Of a stretch of DNA of 63,641 nt, positions 61,964-63,641 are shown in pieces (the stretch's first letter is position 1; every line of letters begins with the position of its first letter). The DNA comes from an uncultured Christensenella sp. (lineage in GTDB: Bacteria; Bacillota; Clostridia; Christensenellales; CAG-138): the NCBI GenBank assembly GCA_964426415.1, contig CAYRQM010000006.1, positions 1 through 63,641 on the forward strand, given 5' to 3'. Under the pieces are notes generated by a model. That model made no database searches and was not told the DNA's origin. It worked only from the letters and a program-made list of their open reading frames with translations. The position numbers and the translations under genes are program-made.

Positions 61964-63511
61964 CTACTCAAAAAACCAGCGGTGATAGTCGTAGCGGAAC
62001 TGTTCGCCCAGCAGCGTGTAGCGTTCGCCATGCCGCCACGTGCCGCCGGTGGGATTGTGGGACGTGTAGTCGATCTCGGTGTTGGGGAGGGACGCAATCA
62101 GCGTTTGAATCTGCTCTTCGGGGATGTCGTTGCGGGCAATCCAAAGCCGTTTCAGCTGCGTCATGCCGTACAGCGGCGAGATGTCCGTGATGCGGTTGTA
62201 CGCCAAGTTCAAATGCTCCAGCTCCTTCAGCTCGGCAAGGGGCGACACGTCTTCGATGAAGTTGGTGAACAGCTCCAAATATTCCAAATGGGGGCAGTTG
62301 GTGAGCGGCGTCAAATCCTTCACATAGCCCATTGCCAAGATTGCCACACGCAGGTTGGGCATATAGGACACGAAGCTCAAATCCTTTTGAAAGTTGTGCC
62401 CCAAATCCAGCATCTCCATATCGGTGCAATATTGCAGCACCTGCATCTGCGAGGAGGTCAAGCGCGGCGTTCCCGTGGATGCGCGCAGCACCACGGCGTC
62501 GGTTCTGCAGGAATACCGTGCAAAGTAGACGCGCCATACGACCTTGATGTTGGGAAAATCGTCCCGCAGCTGTGCCATTGTTTCATTGGCGACGCGGCAG
62601 CCGTCCATGTCCAACAGCGTGCACACCGTCATATAGGGCAGCCAGCCGCGCACTTCGTCGATGTGCGGCTTGCCCACATAAACGTCCACCAAATCCATGG
62701 CGGTATCCGCCGTAGAGAATTGCTTGCCCAGCAGCGTGAAACGGTAGTCAAACGCGACGTCGGGTCGCTTCGCTTGCAGCACGGCAAGCTGTTCCAAGGT
62801 GATGTCGCAGGTCACTTCGCCCGCAGCCGTTTCGGGATTGGTCAGATTGACGTAGGTGAGCTGCGGCAGCAAGTCGAGCACATCGGCAAGCGCCAGCGCT
62901 GCTTCGCCCGAACGATTGGACAAATCCAGCGTGGTGACGTCGCTGTCATACGTTGCGCCGCCGCAGGACACGACATAGGAAAGCGTGACGTCGGGCAGCG
63001 CGGCAAGCAGCGAACGCAGCGTTTCGACGTCGTAGGAACAGGCGCGCACGTCCAACGCGGAAAGGTGGGGCAGATAGCCGCATTGCGTGCGCAGCGTCTC
63101 GGCGTCCAACGGCGCTTCCACGGTGACGGAGGTTGCGTCCGAAGCAACGGTTGTGTCGCCAAGCGCCACCGTATAGCGGACTTCGACCTTGGGATGCGCC
63201 TTCTCATATGCCAAGATGGCGTCATAAGAGGTGCTTCCCGAAAAATCGGCAGCTTTCAGATTGGTAAAGGCGTCCAACAGGGCAAGGTCGGACGATTCCA
63301 CCACCACGGTCAGCGTCTCGGCGTCCGCAGAAAATGTGCCGTGTGACAGCGCAATCGTTTCGACCTCCGCAGTCGGCACAGCAGTCGGCTCCGCATTGAG
63401 CGCGCCCTGCGCACCGTCCACAGACGGCGTTTCGCAGCCAACCGCCGTCAAAATCAACGCCGACACCGCAAAAATGAGCAGAACCATTTTTCGTTTGTGG
63501 GAAAGATGCAT
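61964..63511 (-). CDS. Leucine-rich-repeat lipoprotein
   Basis: Lipobox AVGC; LRR motifs MEMLDLGHN, LEYLELFTNFIEDVSPL, LEHLNLAYNRITDISPL and LKRLWIARN; SD ggagg before MHLSH. Confidence 0.85.
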   Translation of the reverse strand: MHLSHKRKMVLLIFAVSALILTAVGCETPSVDGAQGALNAEPTAVPTAEVETIALSHGTFSADAETLTVVVESSDLALLDAFTNLKAADFSGSTSYDAILAYEKAHPKVEVRYTVALGDTTVASDATSVTVEAPLDAETLRTQCGYLPHLSALDVRACSYDVETLRSLLAALPDVTLSYVVSCGGATYDSDVTTLDLSNRSGEAALALADVLDLLPQLTYVNLTNPETAAGEVTCDITLEQLAVLQAKRPDVAFDYRFTLLGKQFSTADTAMDLVDVYVGKPHIDEVRGWLPYMTVCTLLDMDGCRVANETMAQLRDDFPNIKVVWRVYFARYSCRTDAVVLRASTGTPRLTSSQMQVLQYCTDMEMLDLGHNFQKDLSFVSYMPNLRVAILAMGYVKDLTPLTNCPHLEYLELFTNFIEDVSPLAELKELEHLNLAYNRITDISPLYGMTQLKRLWIARNDIPEEQIQTLIASLPNTEIDYTSHNPTGGTWRHGERYTLLGEQFRYDYHRWFFE

Positions 63512-63641
63512 GGTCAGTCCCTCCCTCATTTCAATAAGCAAATCATACCATTCCCGCCAAGCAATGTCAATCTTCGTTATATTCCCGACCGTGTCAAGTT
63601 GTTCCGGGTGAATTAGGAGCAGAAGGCGTCGGGAACGGCGG

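Overview
Chromosomal window (~60% GC) from a spore-forming Clostridia-type bacterium; the taxonomy is inferred from gene content. It is mostly housekeeping genes on the + strand: rarA, typA, recF-remB-gyrB-gyrA-cca, cysK-cysE, rplM-rpsI, dGTPase-dnaG-sigA and ftsK-rimO-pgsA-cinA-recA. Accessory blocks are a CotH/VTC/DUF4956/nuclease cluster, two tandem CNNM/CorC genes, a two-component system divergent from a MacAB-like exporter with two adaptor proteins, and an NlpC/P60-amidase-PAP2 cluster. I saw no tRNA, rRNA, CRISPR array, transposase or prophage. Most notable are: (1) a modular non-coding palindromic repeat family at five loci, including a 4x ~171-bp tandem array after recA and a locus where two inverted copies enclose a ~430-bp hairpin-rich non-coding core; (2) three secreted non-CAZyme-type proteins (SpoIID-like, Amidase_3, endonuclease I) with similar dockerins; (3) broken canonical gene clusters, namely recF-gyrBA without dnaA-dnaN and a spoVA operon split into two halves, each with a sigmaG-like promoter; (4) clear OmpR-type and LysR-type operator motifs and two likely leaderless genes. 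All calls come from reading the sequence and motifs; no database searches were run.
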